In this document: positions 54,669-64,000 of the stretch, piece after piece | Position numbering within the stretch: position 1 is the stretch's first letter | How the letters are laid out: every line of letters starts with the position of its first letter | DNA from: an uncultured virus (IMG/VR IMGVR_UViG_3300037313_002214) | Lineage: Duplodnaviria > Heunggongvirae > Uroviricota > Caudoviricetes | DNA length: 64,000 nt | IMG/VR virus record: IMGVR_UViG_3300037313_002214 | Strand: one strand, 5' to 3' | Program-made: the position numbers and the translations under genes | Notes under the pieces: generated by a model | Told to the model about the DNA's origin: nothing | The model's input: only the letters and a program-made list of their open reading frames with translations | Databases searched by the model: none

Positions 54669-55114
54669 GCCGCTCCCGCTACGTCACCCCATCCCGCACC
54701 GTGGAGCGCATCGAGCGCGTGCGCACCCTGATCACTGCCCTGCAGGTCAGCGAACTCTCGCGCGATGAGGTCGGCGGTCTGCTCGCCATCGGCCCGTCGG
54801 GCGTTCGCAAGTACATGGTCGACCTGCACGGCCTCGTCGAATCGGTGTATGTCGCTGGCCACCTGGTGTGCCGCCTCACGAGCGACGCAGCGAAGGTCGA
54901 CGCCTACCTCGCCAGGCTGGACGAGCAAGCAGCTTCGCGCCCGGCGAAGCCTCGCAAGTGCGAACTGACGATCGCGGCTCAGGATCCGGCGCGCCACTTC
55001 CACATCATGGAGGACGACGTCGAGTTCAAGGTGCGCGTGTCGAAGGCCATTCCGGCGCATCACCCGCTGATGGCGGCGTTCTTCAACTTGGTGCCGTCGG
55101 GGGTGTGGGCATGA
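54665..55114 (+). CDS. Winged-helix phage protein
   Basis: ATGA coupling; HTH-like LSRDEVGGLLAIGPSGVRKYM. Confidence 0.6.
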   Translation: MSRSRYVTPSRTVERIERVRTLITALQVSELSRDEVGGLLAIGPSGVRKYMVDLHGLVESVYVAGHLVCRLTSDAAKVDAYLARLDEQAASRPAKPRKCELTIAAQDPARHFHIMEDDVEFKVRVSKAIPAHHPLMAAFFNLVPSGVWA

Positions 55115-57108
55115 AGCGTGATCTCATGACCATGGGTCTCGACCTCGGCTCTGAACTCATCATCGACAACTTCGCCGGCGGCGGCGGAACCAGTACCGGT
55201 CTCGAGGCGGCGTTCGGACGTCCGGTCGATATCGCGATCAACCATGACCCGGAAGCGCTCGCGATGCACGCCATCAATCACCCGTACACAAAGCACCTTT
55301 GCGAGAGCGTGTGGGACGTCGACCCGATCGAGGTAACGAACAATCAGCCTGTTGGCCTGGTTTGGCTGTCACCGGACTGCAAGCACTTCAGCAAAGCAAA
55401 GGGCGGAAAGCCGGTCGAGAAGAAGATCCGCGGCCTGGCGTGGGTGACGATGCGCTGGGCGGCAAAGTGCAAACCGCGCGTCATCATGCTGGAGAACGTC
55501 GAGGAGTTCCAGACGTGGGGCCCGCTGACGATGAAGGTCGTTGACGGCGCCGAAGTCTGGTATCCGGATCCGGCAAAGCGGGGCGTCACGTTCCGGAGCT
55601 TCGTTCGCCAGTTGGAGGGGCACGGCTACAAGGTCGAATATCGTGAGTTGCGCGCCTGCGACCACGATACGCCGACCATCCGAAAGCGCTTCTTCCTGGT
55701 CGCGCGCCGTGATGGTCTGCCGATCCGTTGGCCGATGGCGACGCATGGTGCTCCGGACTCCGTCGGCGTCCGTGCCGGTAAGCTGCAGCCGTACCGCACC
55801 GCGGCGGAATGCATCGACTGGGCGCTGCCGTGCCCGTCGATCTTCGATCGCAAGCGTCCCTTGGCGGATGCAACGCTGCGCCGTATCGCAAAGGGCATCA
55901 TGCGGTACGTCGTGGACGCAGAATCGCCGTTCATCGTCGGCCGAGGAGCCGCAGTTGTGCCGAGTATCGTCCCGGTCACGCATCAGGGCGGCGATCGTAG
56001 CGAATCCGTGCGCGAGCCGTTCCGAACTATCACCGGTGCCCAGCGCGGTGAGAAAGCCCTGGCGACAGCCACGATGGTGCAAGTCGGGTACGGCGAGCGT
56101 GAAGGCCAGGCGCCCCGTGCGCTCGACATCGAGAAGCCGCTTGGCACCGTGGTTGGATCGAGTAAGGCGGCGCTTGTCACGGCCTTCCTGAACGAGCACG
56201 CCAATGCGAGCAACCAGCGTGTGATGCCTGCGGACGAGCCGCTGCGTACGATCTGCGCCCAGGTCAAGGGTGGGCACTTCAGCATGGTGTCGGCAGCGCT
56301 TGTCGGGGTTGGAGGCCGCGCCGGCGACAGCCGTCCACGTGGCGCCGATGAGCCGACGGCCACCATTACTGCTAAGGCGGATACCGCGGTTGCGACGGCG
56401 TTCCTCGCGAAGCACTACACGGGGGTCGTAGGTTCTCAGCTCGAGCAGCCGATCGGCACGGTGACCAGCACGGATCACCACAGCTTGGTGACAGCGCATC
56501 TGACCAAGTTCCGCACCGGATCGACCGGCAGCGACATGGTTGATCCGATGCCGACCATCACCGCGGGCCCAAAAGAAAATCCGGCCGGCGCTCCGCATGC
56601 GCTTGGCGTGGTGACCAGCAACCTTATCAAGCTTCGTGGCACGTCAACGGCTGCGAGCATGGACGAGCCGATCGGCACGATCAGCGCCCAGGGGCAGCAT
56701 CATGCCGAGGTGCGCGCATTCCTGCTCAAGTACTACGGCACTGATCAGGATCCGCGACTGGGGGAGCCGTTGCACACCGTGACGACGAAAGATCGTTATG
56801 GCTTGGTGACGATCCAGGGGCAGGATTACGAGATCGTCGACATCGGTCTGCGCATGCTCGCTCCGCACGAACTGTATCGCGCTCAGGGCTTCCCGGCCGA
56901 TTACATCATCGACGAGATTCCTGACCCGGCGAAGCTGTTCGTCGACGGCCATCAGGTCGACGTTGATCCACTTTCGCTGCCACGCGTCCCGCTGACCAAG
57001 TCTGCGCAGGTCCGCATGTGCGGCAACAGTGTGTGCCCGCCGCTTTCGGAAGCGCTCATCCGCGCGAACTTCGCGCACGAACGTCAAATTGCCGGGAGGG
57101 CAGCATGA
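55111..57108 (+). CDS. C5 cytosine DNA methyltransferase with internal repeats
   Basis: FAGGGG, SPDCKHFS, ENVEEF, RKRFF, CGNSV. Confidence 0.92.
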   Translation: MKRDLMTMGLDLGSELIIDNFAGGGGTSTGLEAAFGRPVDIAINHDPEALAMHAINHPYTKHLCESVWDVDPIEVTNNQPVGLVWLSPDCKHFSKAKGGKPVEKKIRGLAWVTMRWAAKCKPRVIMLENVEEFQTWGPLTMKVVDGAEVWYPDPAKRGVTFRSFVRQLEGHGYKVEYRELRACDHDTPTIRKRFFLVARRDGLPIRWPMATHGAPDSVGVRAGKLQPYRTAAECIDWALPCPSIFDRKRPLADATLRRIAKGIMRYVVDAESPFIVGRGAAVVPSIVPVTHQGGDRSESVREPFRTITGAQRGEKALATATMVQVGYGEREGQAPRALDIEKPLGTVVGSSKAALVTAFLNEHANASNQRVMPADEPLRTICAQVKGGHFSMVSAALVGVGGRAGDSRPRGADEPTATITAKADTAVATAFLAKHYTGVVGSQLEQPIGTVTSTDHHSLVTAHLTKFRTGSTGSDMVDPMPTITAGPKENPAGAPHALGVVTSNLIKLRGTSTAASMDEPIGTISAQGQHHAEVRAFLLKYYGTDQDPRLGEPLHTVTTKDRYGLVTIQGQDYEIVDIGLRMLAPHELYRAQGFPADYIIDEIPDPAKLFVDGHQVDVDPLSLPRVPLTKSAQVRMCGNSVCPPLSEALIRANFAHERQIAGRAA

Positions 57109-57533
57109 CCCAACGTCAAAACATCCGCCGCCCGCAACCGGGCGAGATCCCGTACCTTGCCGGCGAGTACCTATACAAGTACGGCTCCTGCACCGAGGCC
57201 GAATTGTTCCTGGCCGTGAACTTTGGGAAAAGCAAGTATGAGCGCGACGTTGCCCTGCAAGGCGCAATTCGTGGCGGCTGGCTGATCGAAACCGAGCGCG
57301 GAAAGATCGCCTGCAGCCGAGCAGCTACCGACTACTACGACGAGCAGAGCGAGAAGCCGGAAGAGAAGTACGTCGGCCAGATCGCTCCGGCGCCGACGCG
57401 CAACGTGTTCGCAAGCCCGGGCCTGAGCAAGAAGTACCAGATCAACAGCCGCGGTACGCGCCTGGACATTCCGGCCTGGTCGAATCGTCCGGAGGGCTTT
57501 GGGTTCAAGAGCATTGCTGGAGGTGATGCATGA
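57105..57533 (+). CDS. Phage hypothetical protein
   Basis: ATGA coupling. Confidence 0.55.
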   Translation: MTQRQNIRRPQPGEIPYLAGEYLYKYGSCTEAELFLAVNFGKSKYERDVALQGAIRGGWLIETERGKIACSRAATDYYDEQSEKPEEKYVGQIAPAPTRNVFASPGLSKKYQINSRGTRLDIPAWSNRPEGFGFKSIAGGDA

Positions 57534-57925
57534 GCGCCGCCTTCAACGAACGCGGTCCGTTTCGGGTCGGCGAGGTGTGCATCATCGTCAAAACCATAAG
57601 CTTCCCGGAGTTGATGGGGCGTGAGGTCACGATCATCTCGCCACCTACCCGCGGCGTTATTGCCAATACAGGCGAAGAGGTTGTTGGCTATTTGGTTGAC
57701 TTGGTTCACCGAGGGCGTCGGATTGGAGTTCCAGAGGATTGTCTTCGCCGGCGCCGTCCCCCTGCCACTGGCGAGCAGATGATCCGAGCCATGTTCGATG
57801 TGTCGGCAGCCGAGCGGCGTAAGCCTGCGCCCGCCTGGCAGGCGCCATACGACACCGCACAAGCACTGATGAAGATGGGCGCGCGCGTCAAGTCTGGGAG
57901 GTTGGCAGTGGAGGTTGTGGCATGA
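57530..57925 (+). CDS. Phage hypothetical protein
   Basis: ATGA coupling. Confidence 0.55.
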   Translation: MSAAFNERGPFRVGEVCIIVKTISFPELMGREVTIISPPTRGVIANTGEEVVGYLVDLVHRGRRIGVPEDCLRRRRPPATGEQMIRAMFDVSAAERRKPAPAWQAPYDTAQALMKMGARVKSGRLAVEVVA

Positions 57926-58608
57926 AAGAGCGCCCAATCCTCTTCAGCGGCCCGATGGTGCGCGCACTGCTCGATGGGACGAAAACGCAGTCGCGGCGCG
58001 CACTGCGTTATCAGCCCGACTACCCAATCCAAATAGCCACGGACCCGCATACCAATCGGTTTCAGTACGGCGGCCAAGAACCGATTACGGAGGCAGCGCT
58101 GTTGCGCGATTGCCCGTATGGCCGGCCTGGCGATCGCCTGTGGGTGCGAGAGACCACGCATCGCCGGCCAATGCTGAATCTTCTGACTGGGGAGCCGCTT
58201 GCGCCCAAGTACGACGGAGGCGCTTACACCGTTGACGGCGTCGACGTGCTGACGCCTGATGGGTTCGACATCGCATGGTGGTACTCGCGCAAAGCCTGTC
58301 CGTCCATCCACATGCCTCGCTGGGCCAGCCGCATCCTGCTGGAGATCACCGGCGTGCGCGTCGAGCGGCTGCAGGACATCAGCCCGCGCGACGCGCGCGA
58401 AGAAGGATTGCATCGGTACCCGTACGACTGGCACGATTCCGAATTCCCGCTGGACGACGTGGCATATGAACCGTTCGCCGGGTTCGGCACCCGCTATTCC
58501 TGTGCGTCGCAGGCCTACCGCGCGCTATGGGAGAGCATCAACGGTGCCGGCAGCTGGGACGTCAATCCCTGGGTGTGGGTGGTCGAGTTCAAGCGGGTGG
58601 CGCCATGA
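57922..58608 (+). CDS. ASCH-like phage protein
   Basis: MKERPILFSGPMVRALLDGTKTQSRR, GDRLWVRET, PSIHMPRWASRI, NPWVWVVEF. Confidence 0.8.
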   Translation: MKERPILFSGPMVRALLDGTKTQSRRALRYQPDYPIQIATDPHTNRFQYGGQEPITEAALLRDCPYGRPGDRLWVRETTHRRPMLNLLTGEPLAPKYDGGAYTVDGVDVLTPDGFDIAWWYSRKACPSIHMPRWASRILLEITGVRVERLQDISPRDAREEGLHRYPYDWHDSEFPLDDVAYEPFAGFGTRYSCASQAYRALWESINGAGSWDVNPWVWVVEFKRVAP

Positions 58609-58613
58609 AAACG

Positions 58614-58865
58614 TTACCCCTTAACTTCCCGCTGAAAGCCGGCATACGTCACCTCAACGTCAAAGTCATTTTGCACCGCGTTGCTAACGTCTATGTACGT
58701 GCTGTTGTAGCCAAAGCCGGCAATCGCAATCCCCATGATATTGCCACCCGTAGCACCCTGTGGGTGGGGCAAGAACGCCATGCCTGGAGAGTAATCCGGG
58801 TGCTCCTGCAGGCGGCGGTTCAGTTCTGCAATGTACAGGTCTTCGTTCAGTCGTGGCTTTTCCAT
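58614..58865 (-). CDS. Hypothetical protein (antisense moron)
   Basis: AGGAG RBS on minus strand; fills the gap between plus-strand genes. Confidence 0.5.
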   Translation of the reverse strand: MEKPRLNEDLYIAELNRRLQEHPDYSPGMAFLPHPQGATGGNIMGIAIAGFGYNSTYIDVSNAVQNDFDVEVTYAGFQREVKG

Positions 58866-58897
58866 GGGCGACTCCTTGTCAAAAAGGACATCCTAGC

Positions 58898-59449
58898 ATG
58901 CTGAGCCGGTCAGCCCTAAAGCCAGGCAAGCCACTCCAGCGCAAGACGCCGATGTCGCGCGGCAGCGGCTTCAAGACCCCATCCTCCGGCGCCGGCGTGC
59001 TGCGCGTAGCTGCGGTTCGACACAAGACTGCTAAGGAGGCGAAGACGCTGAAGCTGACCAAGCCGCGTAAGCAGCTGAAATCGAATGGCCCGAAGATGAC
59101 GCCGATCCGCGCCTCGGCCCAGGGCCAGGACTGCACGCTGCGCTTCCCAGGCATCTGTAACCGAAACCCGGACACCACTGTCTGGTGCCACTCGAACCGT
59201 CTGGCGGACGGTAAGGGCATGGGCCTGAAAGCGCCGGACGAGGAAGGCTGCTATGGGTGTTACGACTGCCACGCTTGGCTCGACGGCGGGTATGCGGCCA
59301 GCGGGACCAGTAGGGAATCGGTTGACGCGCGCTTCGACGCTGCCCGGGAAGAGAGCCGGCAGATCTTGCGGGCTAAAGGCCTGCTTCGAAATAGCGAGAC
59401 CGCGCCGGTTGCAGCCGCCGCGGCCTCTGAACAAATCACCGTGGAGTAA
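58898..59449 (+). CDS. DUF1364/YbcO-like nuclease-domain protein
   Basis: SAQGQDCTLRFPGIC, TTVWCH, GMGLKAPD, CYDCHAWLD. Confidence 0.8.
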   Translation: MLSRSALKPGKPLQRKTPMSRGSGFKTPSSGAGVLRVAAVRHKTAKEAKTLKLTKPRKQLKSNGPKMTPIRASAQGQDCTLRFPGICNRNPDTTVWCHSNRLADGKGMGLKAPDEEGCYGCYDCHAWLDGGYAASGTSRESVDARFDAAREESRQILRAKGLLRNSETAPVAAAAASEQITVE

Positions 59450-59451
59450 TT

Positions 59452-62070
59452 ATGTCTGGCAACATTTTACAAGAATATAACGCCTTCCTTCGCGATAAGA
59501 TCCGCCTGGCGCCGGCGCGTGGCTTCGATGTGCAACTCGACCAGATCAATCCGGGTCTCAAGCCGCACACTCGCGACATCGTCCGATGGGCTCTGCAGGG
59601 CGGCCAGCGCGCCATCTTCGCCTCGTTCGGCCTGCATAAGACCAGCACGAACCTCGAGGTAATGCGCCAGATAGGTATCCGCTTTCCGGAGATGTACCGG
59701 CTGATCGTCCTGCCGCTCGGGGTGCGCCAGGAGTTTGCCCGCGAAGTCGCCAAGCGCTTCACCAGTGACTATGCCATCGATCTGAAGTTCATCCGGTCGG
59801 ACGCCGAAATCGACGGCCCCGGTACCGTCTACATGACGAACTATGAATCGGTCCGCGAAGGCAAGATCACGATCGGCCGCTTTGGCGCGACGTCGCTGGA
59901 CGAGGCGAGCGTCCTGCGCAGTTACGGCAGCAAGACCTATCAGGAGTTCTTGCCGATGTTCGACCAGGTCGAGTTCAAGTTCGTCTTCACGGCGACGCCG
60001 AGCCCGAACCGCTTCAAGGAGCTGATCCACTATGCTGGTTTCCTGGGCGTCATGGACACCGGGCAGGCCCTGACCCGCTTTTTCCAGCGCGACAGCGAGA
60101 AGGCCGGCAACCTGACGCTCTACCCGCACAAGGAGCAGGAGTTCTGGCTGTGGGTTGCCAGTTGGGCGTGCTTCATCCGCCGTCCGAGTGACCTGGGTCA
60201 TTCGGACGAAGGCTATGACCTGCCTCCACTCGAGGTGCGTTACCACGAGGTGCCGAGCGACTATGAAGCTGCGGGCGCGGAGAAGAACGGACAGGGCCTC
60301 CTGATCCCGAACGTCGCAATGGGGCTTTCGGCTGCAGCCGGCGAGAAGCGTCAAAGTATGGCTGCTCGCGTTGCGAAGGTGGCGGAAATCGTTGGCGAGG
60401 CACCGAACGACCACTTTGTCGTCTGGCATGACCTCGAGGATGAGCGCCATGCCATTCAGGCGGCGGTGCCGGAAGCGATGAGCGTTTGGGGTACGCAGGA
60501 CCTGGAGCAGCGCGAGCAGCGCATCGCAGACTTTAGCGACGGTAAGTTTCGGATCCTTTCGACCAAGCCGATTATCGCCGGATCCGGCTGCAACTTCCAG
60601 GTGCACTGCCACCGCGAGATCTTCGCTGGTATCGGGTTCAAGTTCAACGACTTCATACAGGCCGTCCACCGCGTGCAGCGGTTCCAGCAAACGCGCCCGG
60701 TCGTCATCGACATCATCCACACGGAGGTCGAGCGCGCGGTGCTGGCCGAGTTGCAAGAGAAGTGGCGCCGACACGACGAGATGCAGGAAAAGATGGGCGA
60801 GATCATCCGCACCTATGGCCTGGACCAGCTGTCGATGCAGGATTCACTCGCGCGCACGATCGGCGTCGAGCGGCATGTCGTGAAGGGCGAGCGCTTCACG
60901 GTGGCGAACAACGATTGCGTGCTGGAGGCGATCGAGCAGCCGGACAACTCGGTCGGACTGATCGTCACCAGCATCCCGTTCGCGAATCACTACGAGTACA
61001 CGCCCAGCTACAACGACTTTGGCCATACCCAGGACAACGCCCACTTCTGGGCGCAGATGGACTTCCTGACGCCGCAGCTGCACCGGATCCTGCAGCCGGG
61101 GCGCATCTATGCCTGTCACGTCAAGGATAGGATCAACTTCGGGAATGTGACCGGCGCCGGCGTGCCGACCGTAAGTCCATTCCACGCCGAAGCGCTGTTT
61201 CATGGGATGAAGCACGGCTTCGACTACATGGGCATGATCACGGTCGTTACCGACGTCGTGCGCGAGAACAACCAGACCTACCGACTGGGCTACAGCGAGG
61301 TGTGCAAGGACGGCACGAAGATGGGCGTCGGCTCGCCGGAATACATCCTGCTGTTCCACAAGCCGCAGTCCGATCGCAGCCGAGGCTACGCTGACGTTCC
61401 AGTGACAAAGGCAAAGCCGCTTTGTCAGGACGACGACGGCATGCCAGTTAGCTTCGATCGTCGTCTCGCGCCGATCCCCGGTACCGGCTACAGCGTCGCG
61501 CGCTGGCAGGTCGATGCCCATGCGTTCTGGCGATCGAGTGGAGATCGCCTGCTCAGTGCAGCCGAGTTGGCCAGCTATGGTCCTGCCAAGCTGGCGAAGA
61601 TGTTCACGGACTTGTCGCTGTCGAATGTCTACAACTACGAATACCACGTAGCGGTTGGCGAAGCCATGCTCGCCAATAAGACGCTGCCGGCCGATTACCT
61701 TAGCTTGGCGCCCGGGAGCAGCGATCCGATGGTCTGGCATGACATCGTGCGTATGCGCACCCTGAACGGCGAGCAGTCGGCACGCGCGGTCGAGAAGCAC
61801 GTCTGCCCATTCCAGATCGACATCGTCGACCGCCTCATCCAGCGCTACAGCAACCCGGACGACATCGTCTATGACCCATTCTGCGGCCTGGGTACGGTAC
61901 CGGTCAGGGCGATGAAGCTGGGTCGCCGCGGCGCCGGATCGGAGCTCAACCCATCCTACTTCGCGGACCAGGTGCACTACTGCCGTGCGATGGAGCGCGA
62001 GGTCAGCATGCCGTCGCTCTTCGACATGGAGGCGATGGATGCGGAGCAGCCGGAGCGGGAGGCAGCATGA
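59452..62070 (+). CDS. SNF2-like helicase domain fused to an N4/N6 DNA methyltransferase
   Basis: GLHKT, LDEAS, TATP, QAVHR..RF; TSIPF and DPFCGLGT. Confidence 0.85.
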   Translation: MSGNILQEYNAFLRDKIRLAPARGFDVQLDQINPGLKPHTRDIVRWALQGGQRAIFASFGLHKTSTNLEVMRQIGIRFPEMYRLIVLPLGVRQEFAREVAKRFTSDYAIDLKFIRSDAEIDGPGTVYMTNYESVREGKITIGRFGATSLDEASVLRSYGSKTYQEFLPMFDQVEFKFVFTATPSPNRFKELIHYAGFLGVMDTGQALTRFFQRDSEKAGNLTLYPHKEQEFWLWVASWACFIRRPSDLGHSDEGYDLPPLEVRYHEVPSDYEAAGAEKNGQGLLIPNVAMGLSAAAGEKRQSMAARVAKVAEIVGEAPNDHFVVWHDLEDERHAIQAAVPEAMSVWGTQDLEQREQRIADFSDGKFRILSTKPIIAGSGCNFQVHCHREIFAGIGFKFNDFIQAVHRVQRFQQTRPVVIDIIHTEVERAVLAELQEKWRRHDEMQEKMGEIIRTYGLDQLSMQDSLARTIGVERHVVKGERFTVANNDCVLEAIEQPDNSVGLIVTSIPFANHYEYTPSYNDFGHTQDNAHFWAQMDFLTPQLHRILQPGRIYACHVKDRINFGNVTGAGVPTVSPFHAEALFHGMKHGFDYMGMITVVTDVVRENNQTYRLGYSEVCKDGTKMGVGSPEYILLFHKPQSDRSRGYADVPVTKAKPLCQDDDGMPVSFDRRLAPIPGTGYSVARWQVDAHAFWRSSGDRLLSAAELASYGPAKLAKMFTDLSLSNVYNYEYHVAVGEAMLANKTLPADYLSLAPGSSDPMVWHDIVRMRTLNGEQSARAVEKHVCPFQIDIVDRLIQRYSNPDDIVYDPFCGLGTVPVRAMKLGRRGAGSELNPSYFADQVHYCRAMEREVSMPSLFDMEAMDAEQPEREAA

Positions 62071-62555
62071 AGAAGCCGCGCAACAAGAAATACCGCCCGA
62101 AGGGCTACACAACCAACGTCCTGTCGATCTTCGGTGGCATGAGCGACACCCACCGCGACAAGCTGCAGGAGATCCAGACCCTCAATCACTTGGCCATGGT
62201 CGACATGGCGCAAGGGCGGGGCACCCGCGCACAGTGGAACCGCATCGTAGGCGCCATCAACATCGCAAACGTCATGTGCGAGATGGGCATTGGCGACGAG
62301 TTCCGCCAGACGACCATCGCTGCGCGCGACGCGCTGCTCTCCATCGGTAAGCGTGCGGCACTCACTAACGATCGTTTCGTCTGCACTGGCCCCGAGCTCA
62401 CGGCCATCAATCACGCCCTGGACTGCCACGACGCGCAGCTGGTGAACTCTCGTTCCATCGACGTCGACCACGCAGCGATCGAGGTCGCGCGCCGCGTGCG
62501 CCACCGGATCAACAGCACGAGCGTGATGCGGGAGATCCGGAAGGAGGTGGCGTGA
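62067..62555 (+). CDS. Phage hypothetical protein
   Basis: KKPRNKKYRPK start, coupling. Confidence 0.65.
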   Translation: MKKPRNKKYRPKGYTTNVLSIFGGMSDTHRDKLQEIQTLNHLAMVDMAQGRGTRAQWNRIVGAINIANVMCEMGIGDEFRQTTIAARDALLSIGKRAALTNDRFVCTGPELTAINHALDCHDAQLVNSRSIDVDHAAIEVARRVRHRINSTSVMREIRKEVA

Positions 62556-63205
62556 TGCCGAACGACGTCCGCAAGCCGGATCCGCGCCGGGCATACCAGC
62601 GCACTCGCATCCTCGCCGCTGTCCAAGCCGGGCCACTAACTGCGCAGCAAGTGGCCGACAAGCTGCACCTTTCACGCGGTGGCGCCCAGTGGCACATAAA
62701 CGGAATGATGGCCGAGAAGCCGCGACTTTTGCATGTCGCGGGCCACGCCCGTAATCAAGAGGGACAGCGATCGGCGCCGACGTATGGCCTGGGTGACAAG
62801 CCGGATGTGCCGTTTCGGAAGGCGAGAGCACCTAAGGGTCGCGTCACAGTCGACGACCGGTACGAGCAGATTATGAAGAAGCTAGGTGCGCGCCCGATGA
62901 CGGCAGCCGAGGTCGTGGACGAGATGCTGCTGCAGCGCGCCCGGGTCTACCTCATTGATCTGCACGCCGCCGGCCGGATTCACGTCGTTTCTTGGCGCCA
63001 GGATGCGTCCGGCGCATGGCGGTCACCGGTATATGCCGTCGGAGCTGCTGCTGACGCGGAGCGCCCGGCACCGCAGAGTGAGCATGAGAAGTGCGCCCGT
63101 TACTGGGTCAGGCTCAAGGCTGACCCGCACCGGCACGGCCACTACCTGCAGCGGAATCGAATGCGCAAGAACCCGCAGACCTGGCTGTCTGCACTCATGG
63201 GATAG
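62552..63205 (+). CDS. Tandem winged-helix phage protein
   Basis: Two repeats of HTH...HV..W/H...P.Y..G...D. Confidence 0.6.
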   Translation: MMPNDVRKPDPRRAYQRTRILAAVQAGPLTAQQVADKLHLSRGGAQWHINGMMAEKPRLLHVAGHARNQEGQRSAPTYGLGDKPDVPFRKARAPKGRVTVDDRYEQIMKKLGARPMTAAEVVDEMLLQRARVYLIDLHAAGRIHVVSWRQDASGAWRSPVYAVGAAADAERPAPQSEHEKCARYWVRLKADPHRHGHYLQRNRMRKNPQTWLSALMG

Positions 63206-63219
63206 GGAGGGGGATTGAC

Positions 63220-63933
63220 ATGGGATGCATGTTGAATCTGCAAACCGTTGGAAGCGGTGAAGTGACAATGTCGAGTCGCGAGATTGCCGACTTGGTCGAG
63301 TCCCGGCATGACAAGGTGAAGCAAAGCATCGAACGGCTCGCCGACCGCGGCGCCATCTCTCATCCCCCACTGGGGGAATACCTCGATAGCCTGGGACGGC
63401 CGGCCGCGGAGTATCGTTTGACGAAACGAGACTCCTACGTCGTGGTCGCTCAGCTCTCGCCCGAGTTCACTGCGCGCCTTGTCGATCGTTGGCAGGAACT
63501 GGAAGCGCGCGCGCCGGCGCCCGTCGAGCTGTCGCGCCTGCAGATCCTCGAAATGGCAATGGAGTCCGAACGGGAGCGCGTTGCGCTTGCCGCGCAGATT
63601 GAGGCGGCGAAACCAGCGTTGGAATTCGTGGGTCGCTACGTCGAATCGACCGGCCTGATGACCTTCCGCCAGGTGGCGAAGCTGCTGAAGGTCAAGGAGC
63701 CTGAGTTCCGCCATTTTCTTCACTCGCAGAAGATCATGTACCCGCTGAATGGCGAGTGGACGGCGCACGCGAACCACATTGAGGCCGGGCGCTTCGAGAT
63801 GCGCGCCGGTACCGCCCAGGGCAACGGCCACGCCTACAACACGGCCAAGTTCACCGCGAAGGGCGTGGAATGGGTCGCCGGCGAACTGGCCAAATGGCAG
63901 TTGAAGCAACGCGGGGAGTGCACCGATGTGTGA
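63220..63933 (+). CDS. Rha/KilA-C (ANT) antirepressor-like protein
   Basis: MSSREIADLVESRHDKVKQSIERL, LVDRWQELE, AKPALEFV, KFTAKGVEW. Confidence 0.88.
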   Translation: MGCMLNLQTVGSGEVTMSSREIADLVESRHDKVKQSIERLADRGAISHPPLGEYLDSLGRPAAEYRLTKRDSYVVVAQLSPEFTARLVDRWQELEARAPAPVELSRLQILEMAMESERERVALAAQIEAAKPALEFVGRYVESTGLMTFRQVAKLLKVKEPEFRHFLHSQKIMYPLNGEWTAHANHIEAGRFEMRAGTAQGNGHAYNTAKFTAKGVEWVAGELAKWQLKQRGECTDV

Positions 63934-64000
63934 CCTCTCGACCCTTCGCCGGATGGCGGAGTCGGCGCCGTCCGTCACCGTCGACTCGGAGACGATTCTT

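Larger units (their letters stand above)
5789..64000. mobile_element. Lambdoid/HK97-like siphoprophage in circularly permuted order, extending past the window end
   Basis: Contiguous Q, terminase, portal, capsid, tail, lysis, integrase, AlpA, RdgC, repressor/Cro, CII and methylase modules. Confidence 0.9.

Overview
Bases 1-4.5 kb look like a plasmid or genomic island: an AbiEi-like gene, a metallophosphoesterase, an orphan HipA kinase and a tyrosine recombinase. An IS3-family element with no target-site duplication follows (4560-5788). The remaining ~58 kb is a lambdoid/HK97-type siphoprophage, probably from a betaproteobacterium (inference). Its order is that of the excised circle: Q, packaging, head, tail, lysis, integrase, an apparently intact attP, AlpA, early-left genes, immunity, early-right genes. 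Main finding: a cassette in the tail operon (24448-25880) encodes a small stand-alone Cas7/RAMP-like protein and an accessory ORF, followed by three hairpin-led arrays of 5-nt G(G)Y-NN units. Read with every third base skipped, the NN dinucleotides of array 3 match the 5' end of a tape-measure gene. The resident gene matches at 21/26 bases and all mismatches are at codon position 1. This suggests an RNA-guided anti-phage system with a gapped code and self-avoidance, which resembles VIPR-type systems as I recall them. Second finding: a two-target diversity-generating retroelement in the early-left region with a TR, Avd, two DUF1566-like targets and 26/26 adenine-specific mismatches, but a truncated RT. 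Also noted: an attP carrying the 3' end of an FAD-oxidase gene, five repressor operators, two SOS boxes and several unusual domain fusions. All family assignments come from reading motifs by eye; no database searches were run.
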